Below, piece by piece: positions 37,768-50,399 of a stretch of 64,000 nt of DNA. Every line of letters begins with the position of its first letter. Position 1 is the stretch's first letter. The stretch comes from Octopus sinensis. Taxonomy: Eukaryota. The notes beneath the pieces are model-generated. The model ran no database searches. It saw only the letters and a list, made by a program, of their open reading frames with translations, and was not told where the DNA came from. Both the position numbers and the translations under genes were made by a program. Location of the stretch: the NCBI RefSeq assembly GCF_006345805.1, contig NC_043020.1, positions 2,604,001 to 2,668,000 on the forward strand, in the 5' to 3' direction.

Positions 37768-38143
37768 GCTGTTGAGCGAATGGTTTTCGTCCCAGAGCTC
37801 GCAAAATGGGAGAAGTTCGAAATGTGGTCCTTTGCTATTCATGAGACCCGCAGAAGAGAAAGCAGGTCAACCCCCGACACCGAGAGCATCGACGGATGGA
37901 TGAATGCGCATCCAGGCTCAACGGTTGCATAGGAAGTCGGGGGCAAGAAACAGGAAGAAAGAGTGAGAGAAAGTTGGAGCGAAAGAGTACAACAGGGGTC
38001 GCCACTCCCACCCCCTGCTGGAGCCTCGTGGAGATTTTAGGTGTTTTCACTCAATAAACACACACAACACCCAGTCTGGGAATCGAAACCGCGATCCTCC
38101 GACCGCAAGTCCGCTGCCCTAACCACTGGGCCATTGTGCCTCC
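37768..38143 (-). mobile_element. SINE with head H1 and tail T3
   Basis: Same H1 head; a different 3' half with a nested hairpin (37871-37943) and a (CAT)n tail. Confidence 0.72.
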
Positions 38144-38946
38144 ACGCCGATGATGATGATGATGATGATGATGACAATGGTGATGATGATGATTTATTTT
38201 CTCACACGGGCATCTGGTGGGCAATTTTACAAGATTAGTTTACAAAATTTGTGGAGAGGAGAACCAGCGAAAACAAATAAATTCGCTTCTAACACCGTTT
38301 CCTTTTCACGTTGCTTTTTGCTTATTTTTTTATTGAATGATTCAAAGGAAAAAAGGACAATTCTCATGATGTGGCCTTTTTGACAGTTCATTGTGATATA
38401 TTCATCTCAGGGCAATTACATCCTTGTAAATACATCGTCAGTAATTTCATCGCCTGATAATTTCATTACAAGGTAATTACGTCGTCAGTGGATACACTGT
38501 CAATAAATTCTTTGTCCATTATCATGCCAAAGAAGACTTTAATGAACTCATCATCCTGCCTTTTTTTTTTTTATATCTGCAGAGTAAATATATTGGCTGT
38601 GTGGTAAGTCGCTTGCTTACGAACAACATGGTTCCGGGTTCAGTCCCACTGCGTGGCACATTGAGCAATTGTCTTCAACAATAGCATCAGGCTGACCAAA
38701 GCCTTGTGGATTTGGTAAATGGAAACTGAAAGAAGCCTGTCGTGTGTGTGTGTGTGTGTGTGTATGTGTGTGTGTGTATGTGTGTGTGTATGTGTGTGTC
38801 TGTGTGTATGTGTGTTGTTGGCATTAGGAAGGCCATCCAGCTGTAGAAACATTGCCAAATTAGATTGGAGCCTGGTGCAGCCACTGGCTCTCCAGACCTC
38901 AGTCAAACCATCCAACCCATGCCAGCATGGAAAACAGACGTTAAAC

Positions 38947-38978
<32 letters not shown>

Positions 38979-39026
38979 CGACGATGACGATGATGATGAT
39001 GATGATATACATACAGACAAATAGAC

Positions 39027-39064
<38 letters not shown>

Positions 39065-39082
39065 GTAGATAGATAGACAGAC

Positions 39083-39125
<43 letters not shown>

Positions 39126-39158
39126 CAGACAGGTAGATAGATAGACAGATAGATAGAT

Positions 39159-39201
<43 letters not shown>

Positions 39202-40890
39202 CATGTCCTTCAGGACAGCCAATCTGATCAAAGCCTTCATGTTTGCCTAACTGCGCCAGACCCTGTCATGCAGGGATTGGTTTACATAGCAACTTGAGGG
39301 TTTGCCACTCTTCCTCTTGGTCTTCAGACAGGAAGAACTGCCATCATCATCATCATCATCATCATATCTATATATATAATGTGTGTATGTGTGTGTATAT
39401 ATATATATGTATGTATGTATGTATATGTTTATGGATGTATGTATGCATGTATGTATATATGTGCATACATATATAAAGGTACATACATACAAATGGATGT
39501 ATGTATATATGCTTACCTTGTATAATACAGAAACAAACCTACCTCACATACTTACAAACACTAATTAAATACCTTAATCTCTCGTTTCATTATTTGCATA
39601 AGTTGTTGTTGCTGTTGTTGTCGTTGTCAGTGTTGCTTCTTTAGTTTGTTTGTTTTTTTTTCCTTATAAATAATTAAACAGTATTTTTTTATCTATTTAT
39701 ATATACATATATATATATATATTTGCTATTTTACCTACCTGAGGCAGGTATTACAAGGTGTTTCTTTAGCAGAGCTTTGTGGGAGATAGTTACATAATTA
39801 GGTGACAGAAATATTCCATTAGCAAGTTAAACATTGAAAAACTTGACATACCTGAGGTAGCTTTTGTTTGAGAAGGAAATACACACTCGTTGAAATGTCA
39901 GGGTGACATGGCCGGCCGGCCATTGGTTTCAGTGTGTGGGTGGCAGGTGTGGGTATGGGGGTTCATAGTATTAGGGGTGTGTGGGGATTATGTACATGTA
40001 TCATCATTATCATCATCATCATCATCATCTATTTAGAATCCATGCTGGCATGTGCTGGGTAGTTTGACAGGATGTGATGGGTACAAGGTCTGCATTGTGC
40101 TATTTGTCTGCATCTAGCTTCATCATGATTTTTAATGTCCACATAAAAAGCAGTTATGTCGGTGCTGGTGCCATATAAAAGTACTGGTGATGGTGCCACA
40201 TAAAAAGCACTGGTGGTGATGCCAAGTAGTAAGCACTGGTTTTGGTGCCATGTAGTAAAACATTGGTGCTGATGCCACATGAAAAGCACTAGTGCTAATG
40301 TCATGTAAAGAGCACTGGTGCCTCATAAAAGACACTGGTGATGGTGCCATGTATAAAGCACCCAGTATGCTCTGCACAATGGTTGGCATTAGGAATGGCA
40401 TCCAGCTGTAGAAACTAAGCCAAAACAGGCTATTGAACTTGGTGTAGCCCCTGGCTTTACCAATTCCTGTCAAGCTGTCCAACCAATGCTGGCATGGAAA
40501 ATTAAGGTTAAATGATGATGATGATGATGATGATGACATTGCATGCTTCTTTGCATCCAATTGAATTCATTGAAACAAATTTTCTGGGACCCCTTCCTGT
40601 CACCAACCCTCTCCTGGTTCCAACTGAGATAATATTTCCCCATAGTGGACCAGACAGGGTTTTCATGGAAGATTGGAAAGGAAAGACCCTGTTTGCAGGA
40701 TTGTGTCGTACATTTACAACAATTACATGATGTCAAGCTGCACATGTGTGTGTGTGTATGTGTGTGTGTGTCCACCAGCTGGCCAGGTTTAAGGATCTGA
40801 CTCACTCATAATAGTTAAGGTATTGCAGTGAAACTGAACCCAGAACCATAAGGCTAGGAAGCAAACTTCTTACCCCACGGCCATGCTTCT

Positions 40891-40944
<54 letters not shown>

Positions 40945-41334
40945 ATGTGTGTGCATACATGTATAAATGATTGAAATAAACACAGTGAGTGGTGCATCAG
41001 TAATATATTAATTTCACATTAACATCCTTAAAAATCTATGAAGAAAGAAAGAAAGAAAGAATGAGCAAAAATGTGAAACACAGCAAGATTCCAAGTTACC
41101 TGACCAACAGTGAACACCCATTCAGAGTAACTGACCCACAACCCATATTTATGAACTTAATAACCCCCCAAAAGAGATGCAGTGGGATCATGTCAGTGAC
41201 TAGATTACAGTCAAACGAAAAATACTTTCGCACCAAACAATAAATGTTTAAGTGAAGTTAACAATCTTTCCTGGCAAGTACACCTCTGAAATAAATAACA
41301 GAAATCTAACAAATAAAAAAAAAATTTGAATATA

Positions 41335-41750
41335 GGCGTAGGTGTGGCTGTGTGGTAAGTAGCTTGCTTACCAACCACATGGTTCTGGGTTCAGTCCCAC
41401 TGCGTGGCACCTTGGGCAAGTGTCTTCTACTATAGCCTCGGACCGACCAAATCCTTGTGAGTGGATTTGGTAGACGGAAACTGAAAGAAGCCCGTCATAT
41501 ATATGTATCTACATATATATATGTGTGTGTGTGTATGTTTGTGTATCTGTGTTTGTTCGCCCAACATCATTTGACAACCAATGCTGGTGTGTTTACATCC
41601 CCGTAACTTAGCGGTTCGGCAAAATGACCGATAGAATAAGTACTAGGCTTACAAAGAATAAGTCCTGGGGGCGATTTGCTCGACTAAAAGGCGGTGCTCC
41701 AGCTTGGCCACAGTCAAATGACTGAAACAAGTAAAAGAGTAAAAGAGTAA
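41335..41750 (+). mobile_element. Dominant tRNA-derived SINE, full-length representative
   Basis: A-box TGGCTGTGTGG, B-box GGTTCAGTCCC, CORE-like gtggcaccttgggcaagtgtctt, central (AT)/(GT)n and (GTAAAAGA)n tail. About 20 copies in the window, e.g. 743-1145(-), 10545-10925(-), 17075-17580(+), 27430-27893(-), 32135-32538(-), 55744-56120(+), 56680-57055(-), 62350-62560(-). Confidence 0.9.
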
Positions 41751-41924
41751 TGATAAAAAAATGTTCAACTTAGAAACAATTTCCCCACTGGGATCCTTAA
41801 GTTGTCCCCTTAGAGTCCTCAGATTCCCCTCAGAGTGAAAACTTATCCCCATGTTGATAATTTGTTGATATATAAACACTCAGTTTTCGTTGTTACATTT
41901 ATTTTTATTTCTATTTCTCTTCAG

Positions 41925-42007
41925 GGCATTATTGACATATGACGGAGACAGTATTGTTCCCCTTGAAACTGGGGAAGATTTTGAAGACTTTAAATCCCAT
42001 TTCACAA
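41925..42007 (+). CDS. COTL1: Coactosin-like protein, coding exon 2
   Basis: Long pyrimidine tract, tcttcag|G...ACAA|gtaagt. 83 nt, (W)ALLTYDGDSIVPLETGEDFEDFKSHFT. Confidence 0.92.
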
Positions 42008-42081
42008 GTAAGTCCTATTTGACTGTCATCACTTAAAACATTACGTCATCTTGTCACACCCAACTCGTGTACATTAGAAAA

Positions 42082-42412
42082 AAAAGACTCTGCCGGTTAC
42101 GACGACGAGGGTCCCAGCTGATACGATCAATGGAACAGCTTGCTCGTGAAATTAACGTGCAAATGGCTGAGCATTCCACAGACACGTGTACCCTTAACGT
42201 AGTTCTCGGGGATAATCAGCGTGACACAGAGAGTGACAAGGCTGACCCTTTGAAATACAAGTACAACTCATTTTTGCCAGCTGAGTGGACTGGAGCAACG
42301 TGAAATAAAGTGTCTTGCTCAAGGACACAACGCGTCGCCGAAATCGAACTCACAACCTTACGATCATGAGCCGAATGCCCTAACCACTAAGCCACGCGCC
42401 CTCACCTCATGT
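42082..42412 (-). mobile_element. SINE with head H2, CORE-like domain and tail T2
   Basis: TGGCTTAGTGG / AGTTCGATTTC boxes, gtgtccttgagcaagacac core and T2 tail. Partial copy at 44160-44400. Confidence 0.78.
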
Positions 42413-43405
42413 ACATTACTGTGTATAAATTACACTCTTCTGCTTTTATTCTTGTCTTGAAGATTATTCTAACTGATTATCCTTAATCTACAGGTAAGTC
42501 AGTCCCACTTGGATTTACTGCAAAATAATAACATGTTGAAGTTTTATGTTCCATTCAGGATTAGGATCATTCATCATCATCATCATCATCATCATCGTTT
42601 AACGCCCGCTTTCCATGCTAGCATGGATTGGACGGTTTTGACTGAGAGCTGGCGAACCAGATGGCAGAGTTTCTACAGCTGGATGCCCTTCGTAACGCCA
42701 ACCACTCCGAGAGTGTAGTGGGTGCTTTTTTACGTGCCATGGCATGGGGGCCAGTCAGTCGGTACTGGCAACGACCTTGCTCGAATCTTTTTACACATGC
42801 CAACAGCACGGGTGCCAGTAAGGCAATGCTGGTAACAATTCCGCTCAAATGGTGCCTCTTACATGCCACCAGCACAGAAACCAGTTAGCTGCTCTGGCAA
42901 CGATCATGCTCGGATGGTGCTCTCAGCCCCCTACTATAGCACAGGGCACAAGTGCCAGTAAGGCGAAGCTGGTAACGATCACACTCGAATGGTGCCTTTT
43001 ATGTGCCACTGGCACAGAAACCGGTTAGTCACTCTGTCAATGATCACACTCATATGGTGCTCATGCCTGTCATCGAATTTCACTATCATTATCAGCAAAA
43101 TCTGCTGATCATTATCAGCAAAAACCTGCAGGCCTTCCTCTATAAGTGCCAACCCTTTAAGAATAATCTTTGTTGTCAATTTAAGTGGTGTAGGTGGAAC
43201 TTCTCTTATCTCGTCATGATTGAAACAAGTTGTGCAAATTTGTGTACTTCCTAGACTATTCAACCCATCCTTTAACAGCCAAAAGGGGTATCTCCAGCAG
43301 GTCATGGGTCCACTTAGCGGTTTCCTTGTTACTATCTTTATGTCTGACCTTTTTTGTAATTTTGTGATTTTATTTTTATTCTTTTTTTTCCTTTGCTTCT
43401 TCCAG

Positions 43406-43563
43406 GTGATGAACGTTTCTATGGATACCTGCGCATTGAAACAGGAGATGAAATGAGTAAACGAAGTAAATTTGTTTTTATTACGTGGGTCGGGACTCAG
43501 GTATCAACAATGAAAAAGGCTAAAGTCAGCACAGATAAAAATTTCGTCAAGGACATCTTGACG
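43406..43563 (+). CDS. COTL1: Coactosin-like protein, coding exon 3
   Basis: tccag|GT...ACG|gtcagt. 158 nt, (S)DERFYGYLRIETGDEMSKRSKFVFITWVGTQVSTMKKAKVSTDKNFVKDILT, containing the coactosin signature TGD.MSKRSKF..ITW.G. Confidence 0.95.
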
Positions 43564-44909
43564 GTCAGTTCCAAAGATTTTTGCTTCTACCTTTATTGTT
43601 TTGGCTTGCTTCTTGATCTGTGTGTCCATATGTAGATATTTATATGTTTATTAACACCTGTGCATTCATACTGTAAGAACCCATAAAAGACATTAGAAAA
43701 TTATGTAGAGCTAAGCAAATCATCATCATCATCATCATCATCGTTTGACGTCCGCTTTCCATGCTAGCATGGGTTGCACGATTTTGACCGAGGGCTGGCG
43801 AACCAGATGGCTGCACCAGGCGCAAGTTTTGATCTGGCAGAGTTTCTACAGCTGGATGCCCTTCCTAACGCCCAACCACTCCGAGAGTGTTGTGGGTGCT
43901 TTTACGTGCCACCGGCACGGGGGCCAGTCAGGCGGTACTGGCAATGACCTCGCTCAAATCTTTTTACACATGCCACCGGCACAGGTGCCAGTAAGGTGAT
44001 GCTGGTAACGATCCCGCTCAAATGGTGCCTCTTACATGCCACCTGTACAGGAAGCCAGTTAGCCGCTCTGGCAACGATTGGAGCAAAGTTACATAAATAT
44101 AAGAGGGGAGAAAAGACTTAATTTATTGCGCTTGAAATTACAAAATAATTAATAGGAGCACTCCATTGGTTACAACGATGAGGGTCCCAGCCGATATGAT
44201 GAATGGAACAGCCTGCTCATGAAATTAACGTGCATGTGGCTGAGTGCTCCACAGACACATGTACCCTTAATGTAGTTCTCAAGGTGATTCTGCGTGACAC
44301 AGAGTGTGACACGGCTGGCCCTTTAAAATTCATGTACAACTCATTTTCGCCAGCTGAGTGGACTGGAGCAATGTGAAATAAAGTGTCTTGCTCAAGGATA
44401 CAAACTTTGACAAACTTAACTAATTAATTGATTGGTTAACTAAATCATTAATGAAATACCTGATTGTTGATTACATAGTTATCCAATCGAAGAATTATAA
44501 GGAAGTGAAATTGAACCAGTGCATGTTATTATTACTGGTGCAATGACCCTCGCAAGGCACAATAAAATCTGTTTCAACACACAAATTCACATCAAGAATC
44601 TTGCAAACCAAATAAAAAAAGGAAATACTAAAATAAAAATCTATCAGTCCTAACAGTTAGGTTGGTAGATAAAGTAAGTAGGTAAATAAGTAATTAGGTA
44701 GGGAGGGAGGCAAAGAGGAAAGATAGAAAGATAAGGAGGTGGGTTTGGTGGGAAGGTAGGATGGTAAAGGGGTTCACTGAAATAAAGTCAGAAATACTTT
44801 TACCTTCCTCCAGAGACACAGCAGAGGCGCCCGAGTTAGAGTTTGAACTCTTGGTTCATGACTCATTAGTCCAATTTTTTATCATTCTCAGCAAACAGGC
44901 TGGCTGCCC

Positions 44910-44959
<50 letters not shown>

Positions 44960-45299
44960 GTCTGTCTATCTGGCTGGCTGCTGGCTGGCTGGCTGGTTAG
45001 CTAGTCTGATTATTAATTATTCCTTATCAATGAATACTCTTAATGTGTGAACAAGGCTTCAGTTGACCCAGTGATGTCGTAGAAGACACTTTCCCAAGCC
45101 GTGTGACGGAACTCGAAACCACTATGTTGGGATGTGTGTGTGTGTGTGTGTGTATGAATGTATGTACGTATGTGTGTGTCTGTGTGTCGGTGGTCCGTCG
45201 GTGTCCAACAATAGCAAAGTCTGCATTCTCAGCAATGAGAGAACATGTGACTCCCCAGCCAGAAGCTGGAAGCACACAATGTGTTACAGGTGTTACAGG

Positions 45300-45720
45300 T
45301 GTCACAACGACAGTTTGTTCTTTGGATGGAGGTGGATGCTACCCTCTGATGTCCGTTTCTTGCAACAACAAGACATCGTTGCTAATCCTCTTCTGCTGCT
45401 CGTGAAGTGAGAGACCCCTACATTGATTCGTCTGCAGCAGGGGCTTCAAGTTCACATGGATCAATGCAGCTTCATTTGAGGTTACTCTTCAAGGTTCCTT
45501 TGGACCTCAGTTTAGGTCTTCCTCGTTTGCATGAATGCATATAGATATAAATCCATTCCAGTCTTCTGTATCACTTCACCTTTATTCACCCACCTTTGTA
45601 CCTTGGGGTACACTCTCTCCATCGCTCACTTTCTCTCTAGTCTATCTTCTCTCCCTTATTCTCCAACTCGGGTATCCGTGTATCTCTTCCACAGCAAGAC
45701 CCTTATCACTGTCCCTTTAT
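45300..45720 (-). mobile_element. Second, more decayed RTE-family 3' fragment
   Basis: Minus-strand KRGRPKLRSKGTLKSNLK*SCIDP resembles the RTE ORF C-terminus GRPKLRFKD..K..LK...ID. Confidence 0.5.
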
Positions 45721-45842
45721 TATTCTTTTAACCTCTTATCAACTGGCACAAAGCCACTTCCCTCAATACTACCCTACCTCCACCCCCACACACAATTATG
45801 TGTATGTATATATATATATCTATATGTATTTATAAATACATG

Positions 45843-45874
<32 letters not shown>

Positions 45875-45914
45875 ACATATCTCTCTATCTATCTGTCTAT
45901 CTATCTATCTATCA

Positions 45915-45967
<53 letters not shown>

Positions 45968-46131
45968 ATATATATATATCTATATATATCATCATCATCA
46001 TCACCGTCGTCGTTTAACGTCCGCTTTCCATGCTAGCATGGGTTGGTCTGATATATATATATCCACACACGCACATATCTCCTTATCTATCTGTCTATAT
46101 ATATATAATATATATATATATAAGAGGTAGA

Positions 46132-47080
46132 CCCGGAAACCTGGGACGAGGTGGTGAAGCAAGACCTTCGAACTTTAGGCATCACTGAGGAAATGACCAG
46201 AGACCGAGACCTTTGGAAATATCTGTACGTGAGAAGACCAGGCAGGACAAGTGAGCCCAGCCCACTTATGAATGCCTGTCCTCCCTTGGACACAAGACCG
46301 GTTGAGGCAAGCGAAGTCGATTATAGAACCTCATCCGACGACAGACACCCATCCCAACCCCCCATGCTTGCGAAGACATGTTGGGGCAAGCGAAATCGAA
46401 ATCGAAATCGAAACCGAATTGAACCAGCCAGGATCCCTGGCCTGGTGGTACGTAAAAAGCACTATCCGACTCGGGGCCGTGGCACGTAAAATACTCCAAT
46501 GCGACCGTACGACAGGCACCCATGCCAACCCCCTTTGCTTGTGAAGACATGTTGGGGCAAGCGAAATCGAAATCGAATCGAACCAGCCAGGATCCCTGGT
46601 CTGGTGGTACGTAAAAAGCACTATCCGACTCGTGGCCGTGGCACGTAAAATACTCAATGCGACCGTACGACAGGCCCTTGCCAACCCCCTTGCTTGTGAA
46701 GACATGTTGGGGCAAGCGAAATCGAAATCGAATTGAACCAGCCAGGATCCCTGGTCTGGTGGTACGTAAAAAGCACTATCCGACTCGTGGCCGACGCCAG
46801 CACCGCCTCGACTGGCTTCGTGCCGGTGGCACATTAATACACCAATCTGACCGTGACCGTTGCAGCCGCCCCGCCTGGCACCTGTTGCAGGTGGCACGTA
46901 AAAGCACCCACTACACTCATGGAGTGGTTGGCGTTAGGAAGGGCATCCAGCTGTAGAAAACATGCCAAATTAGACTGGAGCCTGGTGCAGCCTTCTGGCT
47001 TCCCAGAGCCCGGTCGAACCGTCCAACCATGCTAGCATGGAGAACGGACGTTAAACGACGATGATGATGATGATGATATA
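46132..47080 (+). mobile_element. RTE-type LINE 3' end with tandemly triplicated 3'UTR segment
   Basis: VVKQDLRTLGITEEMTRDRDLWKY, then about 2.6 copies of a 155-171 bp unit (starts 46366, 46537, 46692), then the standard tail with (GAT)n. Confidence 0.82.
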
Positions 47081-47195
47081 TATTATATATATATTATATA
47101 TATATATATATTATATATATATATATATAGGGAGAATTCACAAAAAACAAGACGAAGACAGATCGTGTAGTATAACGCTTGGGAAGTGAAAAAGT

Positions 47196-47231
47196 CTTTA
47201 ACGTTTCGAGCCTATGCTCTTCCACAGAAAG
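47196..47231 (-). ncRNA. Minimal type-I hammerhead-like motif in a Penelope-type terminal repeat
   Basis: CTTT-CTGTGGA-A-GAGC/ATAG/GCTC-GAAAC-GT-T-AAAG: stem I 4 bp, stem II 4 bp, palindromic AACGTT stem III. Core reads CUGU rather than CUGA. Confidence 0.55.
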
Positions 47232-47471
47232 GAACAAGGAGAGAAAATAAAGAATGTGTAGTGGCTACCAATCTATCATGGTGACACATGCACACACACA
47301 CACATATATACAACCGATGGTGGTGTGTTTACGTCCCCGTAACTTAGTGGTTCGACAAAAGAAACCGATAGAATAAATATTAGGCTTATAATGAATAAGT
47401 CCTGGGGTCAATTGGTCGACTAAAGGTGGTGCTCCAGCATGGTTGCAGTCAAATGACTGAAACAAGTAAAA

Positions 47472-47523
<52 letters not shown>

Positions 47524-47925
47524 CTATGCATACATATGTGTGTGTGTATATATATATATATATATACATATATATATACACATATATACACATACATTTA
47601 TATATGCTGTTGTCCTGTTATTACCATTCTTGTTTTTAATTTTATTATTGTTTTTCATATTTATATTCATGTGGCATCGTCCGTTTTTCTGTCCTTGTTT
47701 CTTATACATTTGATCCTTTTTCCAAGAAATCTAATGCTCACAGCTTAGTTTTTCATTGGGGCTGGCCATGTCGGAGCAATATCAGGATTAATCAGCTGAA
47801 ATTTGCTAGGACGATCCGGTTCCTGACTGAAGAAGATTAAAGGCTTCGAATGACCCGTCCGTTTTTTGTGTCGTCTCTTTGTGTATTTCACGTTCTTGTC
47901 CCTTTTTATATATAATTTTTATATC

Positions 47926-47967
<42 letters not shown>

Positions 47968-47986
47968 GGTGTGTGTGTGTGTGTGT

Positions 47987-48286
47987 GGAGGTGCAATGGC
48001 CTAGTGGTTAGGGCAGCGGACTCGCGGTCGTAGGATCCCGGTTTCGATTCCTAGACCGGGCGTTGTGAGTGTTTATTGAGCAAAAACACCTAAAAGCTCC
48101 ACGAGGCTCTGGCAGGGGATGGTGGTGATCCCTGGTGTACTCTTTCGCCACAACTTTCTCTCACTCTTTCTTCTGTTGGCCCGCTCGCTTAGTCAGCGGG
48201 GTGGCGTCATTTGAAGGCTAAAACAATGCGAACGCATTGTGACCAGCGATGTGTAACTACATCTGATAGCCTGGTCGGTCACGGTG

Positions 48287-48288
<2 letters not shown>
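47987..48288 (+). mobile_element. Third tRNA-derived SINE (head H1, tail T1)
   Basis: A-box TGGCCTAGTGG and B-box GGTTTCGATTCC; ends in cacggtgat plus (AT)n. An isolated T1 tail lies at 28465-28585. Confidence 0.8.
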
Positions 48289-48361
<73 letters not shown>

Positions 48362-50399
48362 GTATGTATGTACACATCAGCAAACAATTGTAATAAAGGC
48401 TAAATAGCACAAGACAGAGAAAAAAATGTGACGGTGGGGGGGAGGGTCTGGAATGTTGGGAAGAAACACAAAAACTTAGCGATCCCTCTCCCCTGCCCCT
48501 TCCCCCCCTCCCCAATTTGCTTTCTTATCATTAATCATTAGTCATTTATCATTAACTCAACTGTATTAATTTACGGGGTGGTGGTCATGGTGGAGGGGGT
48601 GTCAGGAGCACGGCACAGATAAGAGTAATTTACACTTTAAACATTTTAATTATGCGCTCTTATCTTTGGATATTGTTGTTGTTGTGTTGTTGTTGTTTTT
48701 TGGGGGGTTTTTTGTTACTTGTTTTTTTTTTTTGCTAACTCCTTTCATCAAAAAACATCAATTAACAAATTACAAACTTGTCTAATGGTTGGCAATTGAA
48801 CATAGTATTAGCAAATTATATAACGGTGATGATGATGATGCTGATGGTGATGTTGGTGGTGGTGGTGGTGGTGGTGGTGGCAACAGCTGCAGCAGAGGTG
48901 GTGGTGACGGTAGGCGGCGGTGGCGGCGGTGGTGGTGTGGTGGTGGTGGTGGTGGCGGCGACAGCAGCAGCGGTGGTCGTGGTGGCAGCGGCGGCAGCAG
49001 CAGCGGTGGTCGTGGTGGCAGCGGCGGCGGTGGTGGTGGTGGTGGTGGTTAAAATAACAACAACAGCAACAATAATAATGACAACTCTTTCCACTAAAGG
49101 CACAAGGCCTGAAATTTTGTGCGAAGGGGACTGGTTGATTACATCAACCCCAGTGCTTCACTCCTACTTATTTTAATGACCCCCCGAAAGGATGAAAGGC
49201 AAAATTTAGGGCCAGGAATAGGGTCAGAAATTTTTGAAGGGAGGAGTCGACTTAATTACATTGACTCCAATTCATGGATGGTATTTCATATTATTGACCC
49301 CGAAAGGATAAAAGGCAGAGATGACCTAAGCAGAATTTGAACCCAGAATGAAAAAATGCAGAAGAAATGCCACTAAGCATTTTATCTGATACAATGGCCC
49401 CGTGCCGGTGGCACATAAAAAGCAACATCCGTCCATGGCCGTTTGCCAGCTCCGTCTGGCACCTGTGCTGGTGGCACGTAAAAAGCACCCACTACACTCA
49501 TGGAGTGGTTAGTGTTAGGAAGGGCATCCAGCTGTAGAAACACTGCCAGATCAGACTGGAGCCTGGTGCAGCCTCCTGGTTTCCCAGACCCCGGTCGAAC
49601 TGTCCAACCCATGCTAGCATGGAAAACGGACGTTAAACGATGATGACGATGATGATGATGAATAACAATTCTGCCAGGATGGTAAGATCATGTAGTAAGA
49701 CCCAGTGGCCTTGAAAAGATCATTCTTGAAGGGTCTGCAAAGGAGGAATGAGGAGAGAGAAAAGGGGGGAGGATTGACATCAAGGAATTTATAGCCAAAT
49801 CATTTGCAGGGAGCCAAGCTCTGGGCCATAGCCTCAACGAGTGGGGTAGATTGATGTATGGTATGTCCCAAGAGCACTCCTTTAACCCTGGCTGAAAGCC
49901 GAGGGCTCAAACAACGGAACGAGCGAGCGAGATAATTAGCTGTCATTAGAAGTTATCAGTTATAATTATAAACGTGTGTTTGAGTGCGTGAGTGCGTATG
50001 TGTATGTGTGTGTGTGTATGTGTGTGTGTGTGTGTGTGTGTATGTGTGTGTGTGTGTATGCTAAGTGTTTGACAGCATGCTGATAGGCAACCAGATGTTT
50101 TTATATGTATTTAGGTCATATTTGTGTGGGGGTGTGGGGGGTGCATGCATAATTGGCTGTAATTATCTATCTATAAGTGTAGGTTTGTATGTGTGTGTGG
50201 GAGGAGATTAATCATTTGTAATATAAAACTATGACAAAATGAGAGGTAATGGTGGTGAGGATTTTACTTGTCGAAGGCACTTTTGTGTGATTCAGGGGTT
50301 CACTTTGCAACTAAGTGGCTTGAGGTTCAATCCCACCATGCAGCACCTTTTCCTCCTCACCCCCTCCACCCACCCCCAATGCACAATTCTCTGAGCTTT

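Noticed and set aside
47810-47850. Second hammerhead-like motif (CTGAAGA...CGAAT; also about 18110-18150 minus)
   Set aside because: It has GAAT instead of GAAA, and I could not build consistent stems I-III; treated as an ordinary interspersed repeat.
47987-48060. tRNA gene (also the heads at 38075-38143, 42340-42412, 63479-63550)
   Set aside because: A/B boxes are present but there is no acceptor stem or full cloverleaf, and each continues into a SINE body.
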